In this document: positions 42,551 to 57,466 of the stretch, one piece after another
How positions within the stretch are numbered: position 1 is the stretch's first letter
How the letters are laid out: each line of letters opens with the position of its first letter
Assembly (NCBI GenBank): GCA_964016885.1
Contig: OZ024741.1
Coordinates: 119,908,001 to 119,972,000, forward strand
Length of the DNA: 64,000 nucleotides
Source of the DNA: Eledone cirrhosa
Taxonomy: Eukaryota
Reading direction: 5' to 3'
Made by a program: the position numbers and the translations under genes
Notes under the pieces: generated by a model
Database searches by the model: none
What the model saw: the letters and a program-made list of their open reading frames with translations, nothing else
Told to the model about the DNA's origin: nothing

Positions 42551-43451
42551 TCTATATATATAAAACTGAGGATGTCTGTCTGTGTGTGTGTGAGTTTGAA
42601 TCCCTAAAACTAGAGAACCACCCAACCGACTGTTTTCAAACTTTACACATGTAATACTTATGTTTCAGGGAGTGTTCTGAGCAAAATAAAATTTCAAATT
42701 TTCAATGCCCTAAGGACCGCATTAGGCGATTTAGCGATCTCTCTCTATAATTCTTAGTCTTTCTCTTTTTAGATAGATACATAGATATAACGTCGCGCCC
42801 TTATAATATCTGTCTGTATGGCTAGCTGTCTGCATTACGTCATTTCCCTGAGGATGTCTGTCTGTGTGTGTGTCTGTGCGTTTGAATCCCTAAAACTCGA
42901 GAAGTACCCAACCGACTTTTTTCAAACTTTACATGTGTATTACTTATGTTTCAGGGAGTGTTATGCACATACAAAAATTCAATTTTTTTTATCTCCTAGG
43001 TATTCGGTGAAAATCTGCGTTTTTTTTAGGTTTTTAAGGGTTTTTTGAGGCGTTACGTCAGACCGATTTCCTTGAAATTGTTATTAGTCAGTCTCTTCTT
43101 CATACTGTGAGCAAAGAAAATCCAACTTTTTTATGGCATTAGGTGAAAAACTTCATTTTTTTCAGCTTTTTAGGGCATTTTAGCGTTAGGTCTAGCCGCT
43201 TTTCCCGAAATTTCAAGGCATATTATGCACATAAAAAAATTATTTTCTTGATCTCCTAGGGCCCGCATTAGGTGAAAACCTGCATTTTCCCTGCTTCATC
43301 GAGGAAAATCTTAAAGATTATCCAGCTATCAGAGGATTCGGTTTATTTTCTTTACATATTGTCAAGGCATGCAGTTCTTCCACGATTAGGTCTGTTGGCG
43401 GCCCGCGTTCCAGAATACCTTATCCCGTGCAACGCCGGGTACCACTGCTAG
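42551..43451 (+). mobile_element. Non-autonomous Helitron
   Basis: A|TC start, subterminal hairpin cccgtgcaacgccggg, CTAG|T end and no TSD. Second copy at 57467-58057. Confidence 0.85.
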
Positions 43452-43528
<77 letters not shown>

Positions 43529-43784
43529 CAGTGTGACAAGAAGCTTGCTTCCCAACCACATGTTTCCGGGTTCAGTCCCACTGCCCGGGCCGACCAAAGC
43601 TGTAAGTGGATTTGATAGACCGAACTAAAAGATGCGCATCGTATATATGTATATATGTCTGTGTATGTCTTTGCGTTTGTGTTTGCGCTCCCACCAACGC
43701 TTGTTGGTTTGTTGACGTCCCCATAACTAACCAAGGTGATGCTCCAGCATGGGCGTAGTCCAGAGACAGAAAAAAAGTAAAATG

Positions 43785-43815
<31 letters not shown>

Positions 43816-43923
43816 AGAAGAGGGGGGGTCACAAACTGAAGGACATAAAAGGGCCATTACGTCCTGGAGGAGAGGCACAGTGGGCCAAACGTGGTGGTGG
43901 ATGATGATTTTCACTAGTTATAA

Positions 43924-44138
43924 TCATTTCTACTATAGGCACAAGGCATGAAATTTAGGGTTTAGGGTCCCGTCGATTACATCGATCCCAGTTCACAACT
44001 GGTACTTAATTTATCGACTCCAAAAGGATGAAAGGCAAAGTTGAGATCGGCGGAATTTGAACTCGGAACGTAAAAACGGAAGAAGTACCACTAAGCATTT
44101 CGCCAGATGTGCTAACCATTCCACCAGCTCACCGCCTT
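43924..44138 (-). mobile_element. SINE family 1 with ~18-bp target-site duplication
   Basis: Flanked by attttcactagttataat (43906-43923) and attttcaccagttataat (44139-44156). Confidence 0.8.
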
Positions 44139-44283
44139 ATTTTCACCAGTTATAATGGAATATTGGTTCTACCACGGGCCATAGAAAAGTAGTTCGCGGG
44201 CCGCATGTTTAAGCCCTCTGTTGGAGAGATATATATATAGATAGATAGACGTGTACCAAATACACACACACACACACAATTTT

Positions 44284-44358
<75 letters not shown>

Positions 44359-44362
<4 letters not shown>

Positions 44363-44714
44363 AAGGAAAAGCGAAGTAGTTTCAGATGTTCAAGTCCTTT
44401 AATAATAATGCTGTGATATATATTTCAATGGCGAAAGTGGCCACACTGTTCTGTGGGCCAGTCTCGCGACATCGTCAGACAGCTTGTTACATAATAAGGT
44501 TATGTTTCCGAGGCAATCCAAATTGAATCGACAGACTGGTCCACAGAACAGTGTGGCCACTTTTGCCATTGAAATATATATCACAGCATTAATATTAAAG
44601 GACTTGAACATCTGAAACTACTTCGCTTTCCCTTATTCGATATTTACTCCGTCACTCCTATGTGGAATAAGTACGTTGAGTGATTGATTTGAATTGCATC
44701 AATGTTTACCCTAA

Positions 44715-44715
<1 letters not shown>
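44359..44715. mobile_element. Hairpin-plus-tail element with HHR 44410-44483 (-)
   Basis: Minus strand: gctgt-CTGACGA-tgtcgcgagactggcccac..gtggccactttcgccatt-GAAA-tatata-TC-acagc. Arms ~44359-44465 and ~44534-44638. Confidence 0.8.
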
Positions 44716-44770
<55 letters not shown>

Positions 44771-45167
44771 TGGCTGCCAACTCGTTTTCGAGTACGGCCA
44801 CTACTTTATATCCATGTAGGAGAACCCCTACCGATGCGCTGAACGAGTGTGACTTTTTAGTCCAGCCAGCGACTTGAAAACTCTGGTACAAACACTACAC
44901 TTGTGACAATTATTGACACATAGTGCTGGGCCCATGGTACCATGTGAGGACAAGTGCAGAGAGATCTCCAGATATAAAGCAATGCCTGTGCCGTGAAGCT
45001 TTTATAGTGAGCAAAGGCACTGCACAAAGCCAGTCCCACTCTCTTAACCAAGATGATATTTACCAAAAAGAAGAACAAGTCAACATCATTGGATACCATC
45101 AGGGTTGCAGGTGTTATATCAGAGTTTTCCTTCTCCTAGAATTCTGCCTTGACAAAGGCTAAGGGGT

Positions 45168-45335
<168 letters not shown>

Positions 45336-45443
45336 GTTGTTATTTGACGTTGTTGAAAAGAGGAGTGGCCTTTGACACGGCAAAACTGGAGACAAAATTC
45401 TTCCTGAACCAAAAACAAGGCACACACAGACACACACACAAGT

Positions 45444-45527
<84 letters not shown>

Positions 45528-45713
45528 TATTATTATTATTATTGTTATTAATGTATGTGTGTATATATGTGTGAGTGTATGTGTATGTGTGTGTGTATGT
45601 ATATATGTATGTATGTATATATATATACGTATATATATATACGTATATATATATATATATATATATATATTTCTTTTTTTTATTTTTTTTTTAATTTTTT
45701 TTTTTTATTTATT

Positions 45714-45758
<45 letters not shown>

Positions 45759-46852
45759 TTTTTTTTTCTTCTTTTTTTTTTTTTCTTGTGCAATGGTCAT
45801 ACTCGATAACGAGGGGGCAGCCATCACATCATGTATGTGTGTATGTATGTATGTATGTACATGTATACATGTGTGTATATATGTGCGAGGACATAGAAAT
45901 AATCAGGCTGCATACCGATCGTGCGGTTAAACCTCTGGTAGTGACTCCTAGCCTTTGTCAGGTCATTCTTCTTGGAGAAGGCAACTCAGGAAACTGGGAT
46001 AACTCCGATATAAAACCTGCGGCAGTAGTTACCGATGATGTTGGTCTTTTCTTCTTTTGGGGTTATACCTTTCATCTATTTGAGGTTGTTAAAAGAAAGT
46101 ACCAATTGATTCTTCCACTATATCTCATTCTCACTTCCATTCTCTAATTCTCTATTCTTCTCTGACTCTCTATCTTTCCGTGGAAGAAATCTGCTCTGTT
46201 CAAAGAGGATAGAAAGTGAGAAAGAGATGAAGAGGAAGATTCAACCCTAGTACTAGACTGGTAAGGTGAACACAAGGTTATTATTTTCTGATCCACTCAA
46301 CGTGTAGTAAGCTGTCTTCACCTAACTGTAAATAAGATGATAGGAAGACAATATGTACTATTATATGTAATATTGGAGAGATTATTATAAATTGACATGT
46401 AATTAGTGAAGTGTAAAAACCCTGTAGGAAGGTATGTGTGATAACCAAACAAACTCAATATTATTAGAATTTTTTTTGTAAAGCTTTTATAGAAGGTGGG
46501 ATTATCTAAGGGTAAGAAGATTCAGTAGACTACAATCTGTACTGTGTAGAAATTGATGAACAAATTAGGAAGTTAATAATATAAATTTGACTTACATAAA
46601 GGCGGAAAATTCCAAGAACTGTTAAAACATCGGATAGAATGATCAGATAGAATGTTTTGTGGCATTCGTTCAACAAAGACAAATAACATTCAGGTTAATG
46701 GATATTGGTTGCTTTCCTATCTTGCAAGTATGAAGCCGAGAAATCTACTGAAATATATATGCATTCTGTCAGCCTTTTGTCAATGAAATTAACAATGGAA
46801 TAACGTTAATTATTTCTTAGTTGGTAAAAGGTCAGAGTATATATATATATAT

Positions 46853-47454
46853 AAATATTTCAAACAAATGTGGTTTTTCAACCCTTGTAATTTTAGACAC
46901 ACGGTTTACTGTGTTTCTTACTATATATTAATCGGCTCAGTATTGGAGCTTAATAGTTACAGGGTTCCAATTGGAGTTTTAACTCTAATTTTCATATATA
47001 TTTCTGCTCCCTCACAAGTTGAGCTTATTAAGTTGTGTGTGTTGGACTGTTATTTCTATTCAATACGCGCTTACCACGTTTGACTAGCGGCGCACGACGT
47101 GACAAATTCATCTTTCTGTGTGAACGTTGGCAAATAGTGTTTGTTGCATTTAATCAGATTCTCTCGCTGATGATGCCCAAGATTATCTGTTACAAACACA
47201 CTCAGGGCGAAACAGATTAGGGATAATCTGTCCGAGAGATATAATGGTTATTGAGGCGGTTTGTATAATAATATATTTTTATTTTATCATTCTGTCTGCT
47301 TCTTGGTTAAATATTTCAAACAAATGTGGTTTTTCAACCCTTGTAATTTTAGACACACGGTTTACTGTGTTTCTTACTATATATTAATCGGCTCAGTATT
47401 TTTATACTTGGAGCTTAATAGTTACAGGGTTCCAATTGGAGTTTTAACTCTAAT

Positions 47455-47462
<8 letters not shown>
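46853..47462 (+). mobile_element. Partial-tandem non-coding element (~456-bp unit) with a full canonical HHR at 47160-47239
   Basis: Direct repeats ~46853-47000 and ~47309-47462. tctctcg-CTGATGA-tgccc...gggc-GAAA-cagatta ggga taatctg-TC-cgagaga. Confidence 0.85.
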
Positions 47463-47516
<54 letters not shown>

Positions 47517-47525
<9 letters not shown>

Positions 47526-48351
47526 TAAACAAATAATGAATAAAACAATGAAACAGTTCCTTATATTAAACAAAAAAAGTTCATTATTTAACGATCGTTT
47601 CTAGGATATATATGTGTTAGAATTGGCATGCATATTCAACAGATCTATGTACAAAATTATACAAAATTATACAAACTATCAAGATTAAATATACATACCA
47701 AACACACATATACGCCGTCTTCAGAAATAATGAAATATATTTATTGATAATAACAACAATTCAAAATTTCAGGTCCGTTTGGGAACAGAGTTCAAAATTG
47801 ACCAATGAAAATACAAAAGGTTTTATGCAGTTTGGTGTGTGTATATACATGTAACTAAACCCGTACACATATTTATACAAAGACATATGCTCAACATGCA
47901 TACGCATGCCAAAAAGATGCATGCAAATACAAAATTTCAAGGCTAATGTCTCTGTAAGTTTATAATGCACAGATAAAATGCGTATAGACACATAAATATG
48001 AAATAAGTGTATACACATATTCTCATACTCACACATATCCGTACACTCACACACACGCGCGCGTATATGCATAAACATACACATAATTACGAACATACAC
48101 ACACACACACACACCCACACACATATATATGTGGATATAATATTATCATAAGCACATGGATATTAATTCACTCACATAAACACTGCCACACACATTTAGA
48201 TCAAGATACAGAAATTAGGTGGGAGGGGGGGAGAGGTCAGTATTCAACGGTTTGGGCAGACTGCTTATTTATAGATGTATCTATAAACTAAGAAATAAAA
48301 AATAAAAAGGAAAGAAAAGAAAAAGAAAAAAGAAAAAAGAAATATATCAAG

Positions 48352-48423
<72 letters not shown>

Positions 48424-48497
48424 TACACACATCTACATATAGAACACACACACACACACATATATAAATATATACATATACATACATACACACATAT

Positions 48498-48546
<49 letters not shown>

Positions 48547-48833
48547 TACACATATAATCACACATACATATATAGACACACATATATATACACATACACA
48601 CACATATACATACACATACATACTTATATACATACAGACATACACATACATACCTATATATACACACACAAATACATACAGACATACATACATACATACA
48701 CACAAATACTTACACATCCATATATCGGTATATACATACAAACACCACTACACTCTCACACAACTCAGACATACAAAGAAAAAGGTATATACATATACAC
48801 ATATACACATACAAATAGAGATACATATACAAA

Positions 48834-48873
<40 letters not shown>

Positions 48874-49067
48874 CATACACATATACACACGTATATATAC
48901 ATACACATACATACATGTACACACACATACACATACATACATACACACATACACACATACATATATAGTCATACACACACATACACCTACACGAACATAC
49001 ACATACACATATATAAAGATACATATACACACACACATACACACACACATATATATAAAAAATAAAG

Positions 49068-49102
<35 letters not shown>

Positions 49103-49151
49103 TATACATACACATATACATACATACACATACATACATACATATACACAC

Positions 49152-49182
<31 letters not shown>

Positions 49183-49721
49183 TACATACATACACACACA
49201 ACATACATACACACACATATATACTCATACATAGACATAGATATATATTCATACATACATACGCACTTACATATACTCATATATACAAATACATACGCAT
49301 CCATATATGCGTATATACATACAAACACCACTACACTCTCACACAACTCAGACATACAAAGAAAAAGGTATATACATATATATATATATACACACATTAA
49401 TAGAGATACATATACACATATATATATATATATATATATACACATACATTTATATATATACCCACACACACATACAACCATAAACACACATACAAACACA
49501 TACAAACACATACATACACACATATATACATACATATATATACACACACACAAAAAACACACATACACATATATATTTTTACACATATATATACATATAT
49601 ATACATATACACACCCTCACATATATACACATACACATAAGTTATATTATAATAATAAATAATATATATATATATATATATACACATACGAATATACATA
49701 TATATACACACATAGATATAC

Positions 49722-49756
<35 letters not shown>

Positions 49757-51304
49757 CTCACATATATATGTGCGCACACGTACATTTGATTTCTATTTGC
49801 ATATAATTATATTCTGCTTTTGATAAAATACAATATCTGTTTTATTTATTATATACCTAATTAACATATACTATAGAAATTAATATATAATTTTTAATTT
49901 AGTTAACCTATAATTTATATTCTACTACCGATGTAATACTTTATTTGTTTTTTCCCTATTACTAAATTCATCTCCTAATATTGATACCATAACGTTAATA
50001 ACTTTAATTTAGTTATACTATAATTAATACTCTACTACTATTTAACTTCAAAATTCTGCTTCAAATATTATAAACCTAACTAATTTACACCTTAGAAATC
50101 AATATGTTAACTATCTTTAGTTTAGTTAACATATAATTAATGGTATACTTATTTTGAAATGCATAATTTTGCCTTATTTCTTGCATTTCCTAACACTGAA
50201 ACTATGTAAAAACATATATTGGGATCCAAATACAGATTAATATTCTATGTTTCTTGAAACATATATTTACTATAATCCCCTTCTCCACCCCCCCTTTCCC
50301 CCATACTATTATCATCTGTGTTTGTAAGCGTGTATGTATGAATATATATGTAGGTAGGTGTATATATGTTTGGGTGTTTATATCTGAGTATAAAAATACA
50401 TATATGCGCATGCAAATAAGAATGTATGATTGTGTGTGTATATATATGTGTGTATATATATATGTGTATATATGCATGTGTATATATATGTGTATATGTA
50501 TATATATATATATGAGTATATGTGTATATGTGTGTGGGCGTGTATGTGTATGTATATGTATATATATATATATGTGTGTATGTATGTGTATGTATATATG
50601 TGTATATTTATGTATGTCTCTCTATATATATGTATATCTTCGTATCTATGTGGGTATATGTGTGTATGTACATGTATGCACATGTATATGTTTATGTGTA
50701 TATGTGTGTATGTGTATATATGTACGTGTGCGCACATATATATGTGAGTGTGCGTGTGTATATATATATATATATATATGTATATCTATGTGTGTATATA
50801 TATGTATATTCGTATGTGTATATATATATATATATATTATTTATTATTATAATATAACTTATGTGTATGTGTATATATGTGAGGGTGTGTATATGTATAT
50901 ATATGTATATATATGTGTAAAAATATATATGTGTATGTGTGTTTTTTGTGTGTGTGTATATATATGTATGTATATATGTGTGTATGTATGTGTTTGTATG
51001 TGTGTTTATGGTTGTATGTGTGTGTGGGTATATATATAAATGTATGTGTATATATATATATATATATATGTGTATATGTATCTCTATTAATGTGTGTATA
51101 TATATATATATGTATATACCTTTTTCTTTGTATGTCTGAGTTGTGTGAGAGTGTAGTGGTGTTTGTATGTATATACGCATATATGGATGCGTATGTATTT
51201 GTATATATGAGTATATGTAAGTGCGTATGTATGTATGAATATATATCTATGTCTATGTATGAGTATATATGTGTGTGTATGTATGTTGTGTGTGTATGTA
51301 TGTA

Positions 51305-51335
<31 letters not shown>

Positions 51336-51400
51336 GTGTGTATATGTATGTATGTATGTGTATGTATGTACATATATGTGTATGTATATGTGTATGTATA

Positions 51401-51435
<35 letters not shown>

Positions 51436-51629
51436 TTATTTTTTATATATATGTGTGTGTGTGTATGTGTGTGTGTATATGTATCTTTATATATGTGTAT
51501 GTGTATGTTCGTGTAGGTGTATGTGTGTGTATGACTATATATGTATGTGTGTATGTGTGTATGTATGTATGTGTATGTGTGTGTACATGTATGTATGTGT
51601 ATGTATATATACGTGTGTATATGTGTATG

Positions 51630-51671
<42 letters not shown>

Positions 51672-51956
51672 TGTATATGTATCTCTATTTGTATGTGTAT
51701 ATGTGTATATGTATATACCTTTTTCTTTGTATGTCTGAGTTGTGTGAGAGTGTAGTGGTGTTTGTATGTATATACCGATATATGGATGTGTAAGTATTTG
51801 TGTGTATGTATGTATGTATGTCTGTATGTATTTGTGTGTGTATATATAGGTATGTATGTGTATGTCTGTATGTATATAAGTATGTATGTGTATGTATATG
51901 TGTGTGTATGTGTATATATATGTGTGTCTATATATGTATGTGTGATTATATGTGTA

Positions 51957-52013
<57 letters not shown>

Positions 52014-52087
52014 ATATGTGTGTATGTATGTATATGTATATGTTTATATATGTGTGTGTGTGTGTGTTCTATATGTAGATGTGTGTA

Positions 52088-52173
<86 letters not shown>

Positions 52174-53142
52174 CTTGATATATTTCTTTTTTCTTTTTTC
52201 TTTTTCTTTTCTTTCCTTTTTATTTTTTATTTCTTAGTTTATAGATACATCTATAAATAAGCAGTCTGCCCAAACCGTTGAATACTGACCTCTCCCCCCC
52301 TCCCACCTAATTTCTGTATCTTGATCTAAATGTGTGTGGCAGTGTTTATGTGAGTGAATTAATATCCATGTGCTTATGATAATATTATATCCACATATAT
52401 ATGTGTGTGGGTGTGTGTGTGTGTGTGTATGTTCGTAATTATGTGTATGTTTATGCATATACGCGCGCGTGTGTGTGAGTGTACGGATATGTGTGAGTAT
52501 GAGAATATGTGTATACACTTATTTCATATTTATGTGTCTATACGCATTTTATCTGTGCATTATAAACTTACAGAGACATTAGCCTTGAAATTTTGTATTT
52601 GCATGCATCTTTTTGGCATGCGTATGCATGTTGAGCATATGTCTTTGTATAAATATGTGTACGGGTTTAGTTACATGTATATACACACACCAAACTGCAT
52701 AAAACCTTTTGTATTTTCATTGGTCAATTTTGAACTCTGTTCCCAAACGGACCTGAAATTTTGAATTGTTGTTATTATCAATAAATATATTTCATTATTT
52801 CTGAAGACGGCGTATATGTGTGTTTGGTATGTATATTTAATCTTGATAGTTTGTATAATTTTGTATAATTTTGTACATAGATCTGTTGAATATGCATGCC
52901 AATTCTAACACATATATATCCTAGAAACGATCGTTAAATAATGAACTTTTTTTGTTTAATATAAGGAACTGTTTCATTGTTTTATTCATTATTTGTTTAA
53001 TATTTTATCTTGACTCTGTATACCGTTTATCTTTCACCGAAAGTGATTTTTCATTACATCTCTTCTTTCCATGATATCCGGAATACATTGAGTTCTTCAT
53101 ACGGATTGGACACTACCGTAAACGCTTGGTAGATTTATCTAC
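47517..53142. mobile_element. 5.5-kb inverted-repeat non-coding element with microsatellite-like body; HHRs at 47580-47734 (-) and 52791-52945 (+)
   Basis: Arms 47517-49785 and 50720-53008 are near-identical reverse complements. The tail 53009-53142 is homologous to the reverse complement of 20296-20440. Confidence 0.85.
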
Positions 53143-53475
53143 ATATATATATATATATGAATAATAGAAAAAACAAACGTCAGATTCGCTCGAAATTATT
53201 GTTTCAATTTACGTTTCAAGAGTTCCACGGTCATATACACAAACTAGAGAAGGCACACTGGTACATATTCTCTATCTTTCTCTCTTTCTCCCCCCTTCCC
53301 CTCTCTCTCTGTCTCTCCCTCTCTCCCTCTCTCTTTCACACACACACACATATACACATACACAATATATAGGTTCGATCATACCGTCTTCTTCGGAAAG
53401 TTATAACTACGGTATAGACCCTACAACAAAAGGTAGACCCCATTGAATGTGTGTGTGTGTATATATATATATATA

Positions 53476-55885
53476 TCATCATCATCATTTTACGTCCGCT
53501 TTTCCCTGCTTGCAAGGGTTGGACGGGTCCTATTCAGCACAGCATCTCTCCACTTGTCACTGTCCTTCGTCATCTCCTCGGTGAGTTTCAGCGATCTGAG
53601 GTCTGCTCTCACCGCCTCCCCCCATGTCTCACTACCATGCAGCATCGCGCATCTCACACAAGCATCATATAACCGCCCTTTCGTATGCAGGGAGAAACCC
53701 TTCTTTGTCAACAGAGGAAGCAGCTCCCTAAACTTCTTCCAACTCGTCCTTATTCTAGATACTATGGCCTCGGAACACCCCCCTCCCATACTAATCTGAT
53801 CACCTAGGTACCGGAAGCTATCAACCACTTCTATAGAACCCACCTGCATTGGAAAAATGAGTCTATCAGCGATTTCTACTGCCAACTTTCCCTGTACATC
53901 TACTGCATACGTAGTTTTCCCTACCTGTTAGTTTGCCTGCTATCTCACTACATCTCTTGTGTACCCAAGATCTGCATTGCGTACATTTTATGGAATTTAT
54001 GTCAGTTCTTTCTTACATATCGAACATGGCCATTTCCCTGATGGAATCAAAGTATTGTCCTCTCTTCTACTTATCAACACTTTTGTTTTAGCTATGTTCA
54101 CTCTCAGACCTCTTGATTCCAACTGCTGTTTCCATAACCAGAATTCATTCTCTAGCTCCTCTACTGATTCTGCTATAAGAACCAGATCATCAGCATAGAG
54201 AAGTTATGGCTTGGGGGACTATAATGAACAAGAGTGGGCTGAGGACCGAACCCTGATGTACACCTACTTGTATCTGGAATTCCTCACTAAACTCCATTCC
54301 TATTCTCACTTTACTGACAGCACCTCTGTACATAGCTTGCACTGTCCTCACAAGCCATTCCTCTACACCTAGTTTCCTTAGGGACCACCAGATGACAGAT
54401 CGGGGTACCCTATCAAAGGCCTTCTCTAGGTCAACAAAATCTAAGTATAGTGGCTTATTCTTCTCTAAGAACCTCTCTTGTAGTTGTCTCACTAAGAAGA
54501 GGGCATCTATTGTACTTTTCCGAGACACAAAACCAAACTACATCTCATCTAAATTGACCCTTTCTCTAATCAGTTGCGCTAATATTCATAACCTGATCCA
54601 TCAGCTTTATGCCCCTATAATTGCTTCTCTCTAGAGCATCCCCTTTAGCTTTGTAGCAATTTATGAGAATACTGCTGCACCAGTCTTTGGGTATGACACC
54701 ACCATATATAGCTTGATTAATGATGCATGCAACTAGTTTAGTGCCTACTTCTCCTGATGCCATCAGCACCTCAGCAACTATCCCCGACGGTCCAGCAGCC
54801 TTACCATTCTTCATTTACTTAATTGCCTCTTGTACCCTATATTCGTCAATCTCAATAGCTGGTCTCTCTGTCGGGTCTACTGAGGGTAATTCCTCTCTGT
54901 CCCATTCATTCTCTACATTCATCAGTCTCTCATAATGACATTTCCAGGCCTTCTTCTTTTGATCATTTGTGACACTAAGTACACCGGCATCATTCCTGAC
55001 ACATTTATATCCAACAATATCCTGATTCGCACTGACACACTGCCTTGCAATGCGGAACACCGCACATCTCTGATCTTCCCGTCGCAGCACATTGGAAAAC
55101 CTGCTACTCTCAACCTCCCTGCTTGCCAAGTACACCTGACGTCTAGCTTCTCTCTTAGCAGCTGTGTATCCGTCTCTAGTCCCACCATTTTTCCAAGCTT
55201 TCTATGCCAATCTTTTGTCTCTAATGGCCCTATCTACCGTGCTGTTCCACCACCATGTCACTCTCTTCTCTGGTCTGAGCTCTGCCCCAACCACAAGTTT
55301 CTTCAGTAGCCTGCAGTAAGTTGTCACGCAAGAAATTCCAGTTATCATCTATGTCATACAACTCTAAATCGTCTTCTTTTTCGTCGTATACATCTTGAAG
55401 GGCTTTGCTAAATTTATATTTTAATGAAAGGTCTTTTAGCTTCCAGACCTTTCTTTTACACACCTTCCTGTATGTCTCATTCTTTCTCTTGCTTACTGAG
55501 ATGTCACTAACGACTAACCTATACTGTGGGGGTACATTCTTCCCCAGGGTATGCCTTAGTATTTGACACCATCCGTCTGTCTCGCTGTCTAACTAGCAGG
55601 AAGTCAATCTGGCTTATGTGCTCGCCTGATTTGTAGGTTATTAGGTGGTTGGTAGGCTTCTGGAAGTTAGTGTTGCAAATGGTCAGTGCATTTGAATCAC
55701 AAAATTCAAGAAGCCTCACTCCTTCTTCATTTCTTGAGCCGTAACCGTGCCCACCCTGTACCCCAGTGTATCCATCCTGGAGCTGTCCAATATGTCCATT
55801 GAAGTCCCCTGCTAGCATAACGATGTCTCTGTCATTGAGGCTATCGGTAAAAGTTGCTCGTAAAAGCCGTCCTTCTCTTCTTTAG
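53476..55885 (-). mobile_element. RTE-clade LINE, degenerate, with (GAT)n 3' tail
   Basis: AGDFNGHIG..SQIDFLL (APE), NGKAAGPSGI..NYRGIKL, FVDLEKAFDRVP..GVHQGSVLSPLLF, YADDLVL and FRYLGD..KGRLYDACVR. Confidence 0.9.
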
Positions 55886-55894
55886 CAACCGCTA

Positions 55895-56510
55895 AAACTA
55901 TGATTTAGTCTTGTTGAATTTTATTCAATAATAGGTTTATGAAAACGATTTTACCAATTCCACCCGGAGCATCGATAAAAAAGTAAGTATTCTTTTGTGT
56001 ATTCTGTTGTGTAATTGACTCAAGTATAATGTTATATACTGCATTTTGATCATCTAGTAGTTTTGGCTCGTTTTCGTTAAATAGGATATGAGGTCTTCTA
56101 AGTCGTATGCAGTTTCTCGCTCAATTTCATTCCTTAGGTCATAAAAATATTTCTATCGGTGAGAGGAAGGACTGATAAATGCAGAGCAGGTCCATTTATC
56201 TTCAATCGCGATCAAAGCTGTGTTATACTGTTCGTATGAAAAAGTTACTTCTATGCCAGGGTTTCTCAATTGCGCTTGGTGTTTGATGTCTTCGGACATG
56301 TCGACCCTATACTTTAGCCAAAGCGCCAATGAATTTGCTATGCCACAATGTTTTAGTATAATTCCGAATAATTTTCGAATATATTTGGCGGTCAGAGATA
56401 GAGTTGCCTCTGCAAATGTTGCATCCCATTGACTGTCGTGTTCCAACAGACATCTCCGCAAACAGGCTTCTTGATAGGTGTTACAAACAGTGCCATTGCT
56501 TTTAAGAGGC
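55895..56510 (-). mobile_element. Helitron RepHel fragment (linker and start of PIF1 helicase)
   Basis: WDATFAEATLS..IRKLFGIILKHC and YFFIDAPGGIGKIVFINLLL (Walker A-like). Confidence 0.75.
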
Positions 56511-57091
56511 TCTCAAAGAATTGAGGGCTATTAAAGAAATTGGGGGGGGGGGGGGCAGTTGAGTCCATGCGGGAAACAGGACCCAAGGTGGTAAATCAGA
56601 CTGTTCAGTCTTGGTGCACGAGGCCTGTGATCCATGATGATAAAGAGAACGGAAATGGCGGGCGACGGGAAGTATCCAAATCAAGCCGTATGTCCCTCAA
56701 ATGTTCAGCAAAACGGTCCGCTAAACGGCGTCCGTTAGTCCGTGTGTCAGTCCACGGATGGAAGTGGGATGGTGAACATTCTACAGCGAGAAAATAGTCA
56801 GTGTTTCAACTTTTCTGTGTGTGTGAATGTATATATTTATAAAAGGGAGGAAGAAGGATGGTGAAAAAACTAAGGCAAAAACAAACTTCCGAACCTTTCC
56901 ACGCTCTGCGTGAGTGTATGTGTGTGTGTTTGTGTAAATGTATGTGTGTGTTTGTGTGAATTTATGTGTGTGTTTGTGTGAATGTATGTGTGTGTATTTG
57001 TCTGAGTGATTGTCTGTATGCGCGTGTATTTGTGTGCGTTTATCGGTGTTTGTGAGTTTAGATTTATACACACAAATATTTACTAATATAT

Positions 57092-57258
57092 AATTATTTC
57101 TACTTTTGGCACAAGGCCAGCACTTACCCTAGTGTATTACTGCTACTTTATTTTATCAACCCCGTAAGGATGAAAGTTAACCTCGGCAGGATTTGAACTC
57201 AGACCACAAAGGGCCCTAACTCTTTGCTGCAAAGCATGGCGGCCGACCTCTACCGATA
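57092..57258 (-). mobile_element. SINE family 1
   Basis: Reverse complement of the core. Confidence 0.7.
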
Positions 57259-57466
57259 AATGCCCTTGTGTTTTTGTCCGTCAGAAGAAAGGACTAACGA
57301 AGGAAGGGGTGATGACAAATTGACGAAGGAAGGGACGATAGCCAAACTCGAGAAAATGGTGTCTGTGTGTGTATATGTATAGCGAATTGGCTACACAAAT
57401 TGGTTGTCATGATTATGTGAATGTTTGTGTGTGTATATATATATGTGTTTGTGAAAAATATATTTA

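Noticed and set aside
48288-52260. Many long Cys/Val/Tyr/Ile/Met ORFs
   Set aside because: They are stop-poor (TG/TA)n sequence and are mirrored on both strands by the palindrome.
53200-53405. Minus-strand CCGAAGA...GAAAcgTA HHR-like motif
   Set aside because: The core is mutated and stem I does not pair. It is possibly a decayed copy and was not counted.
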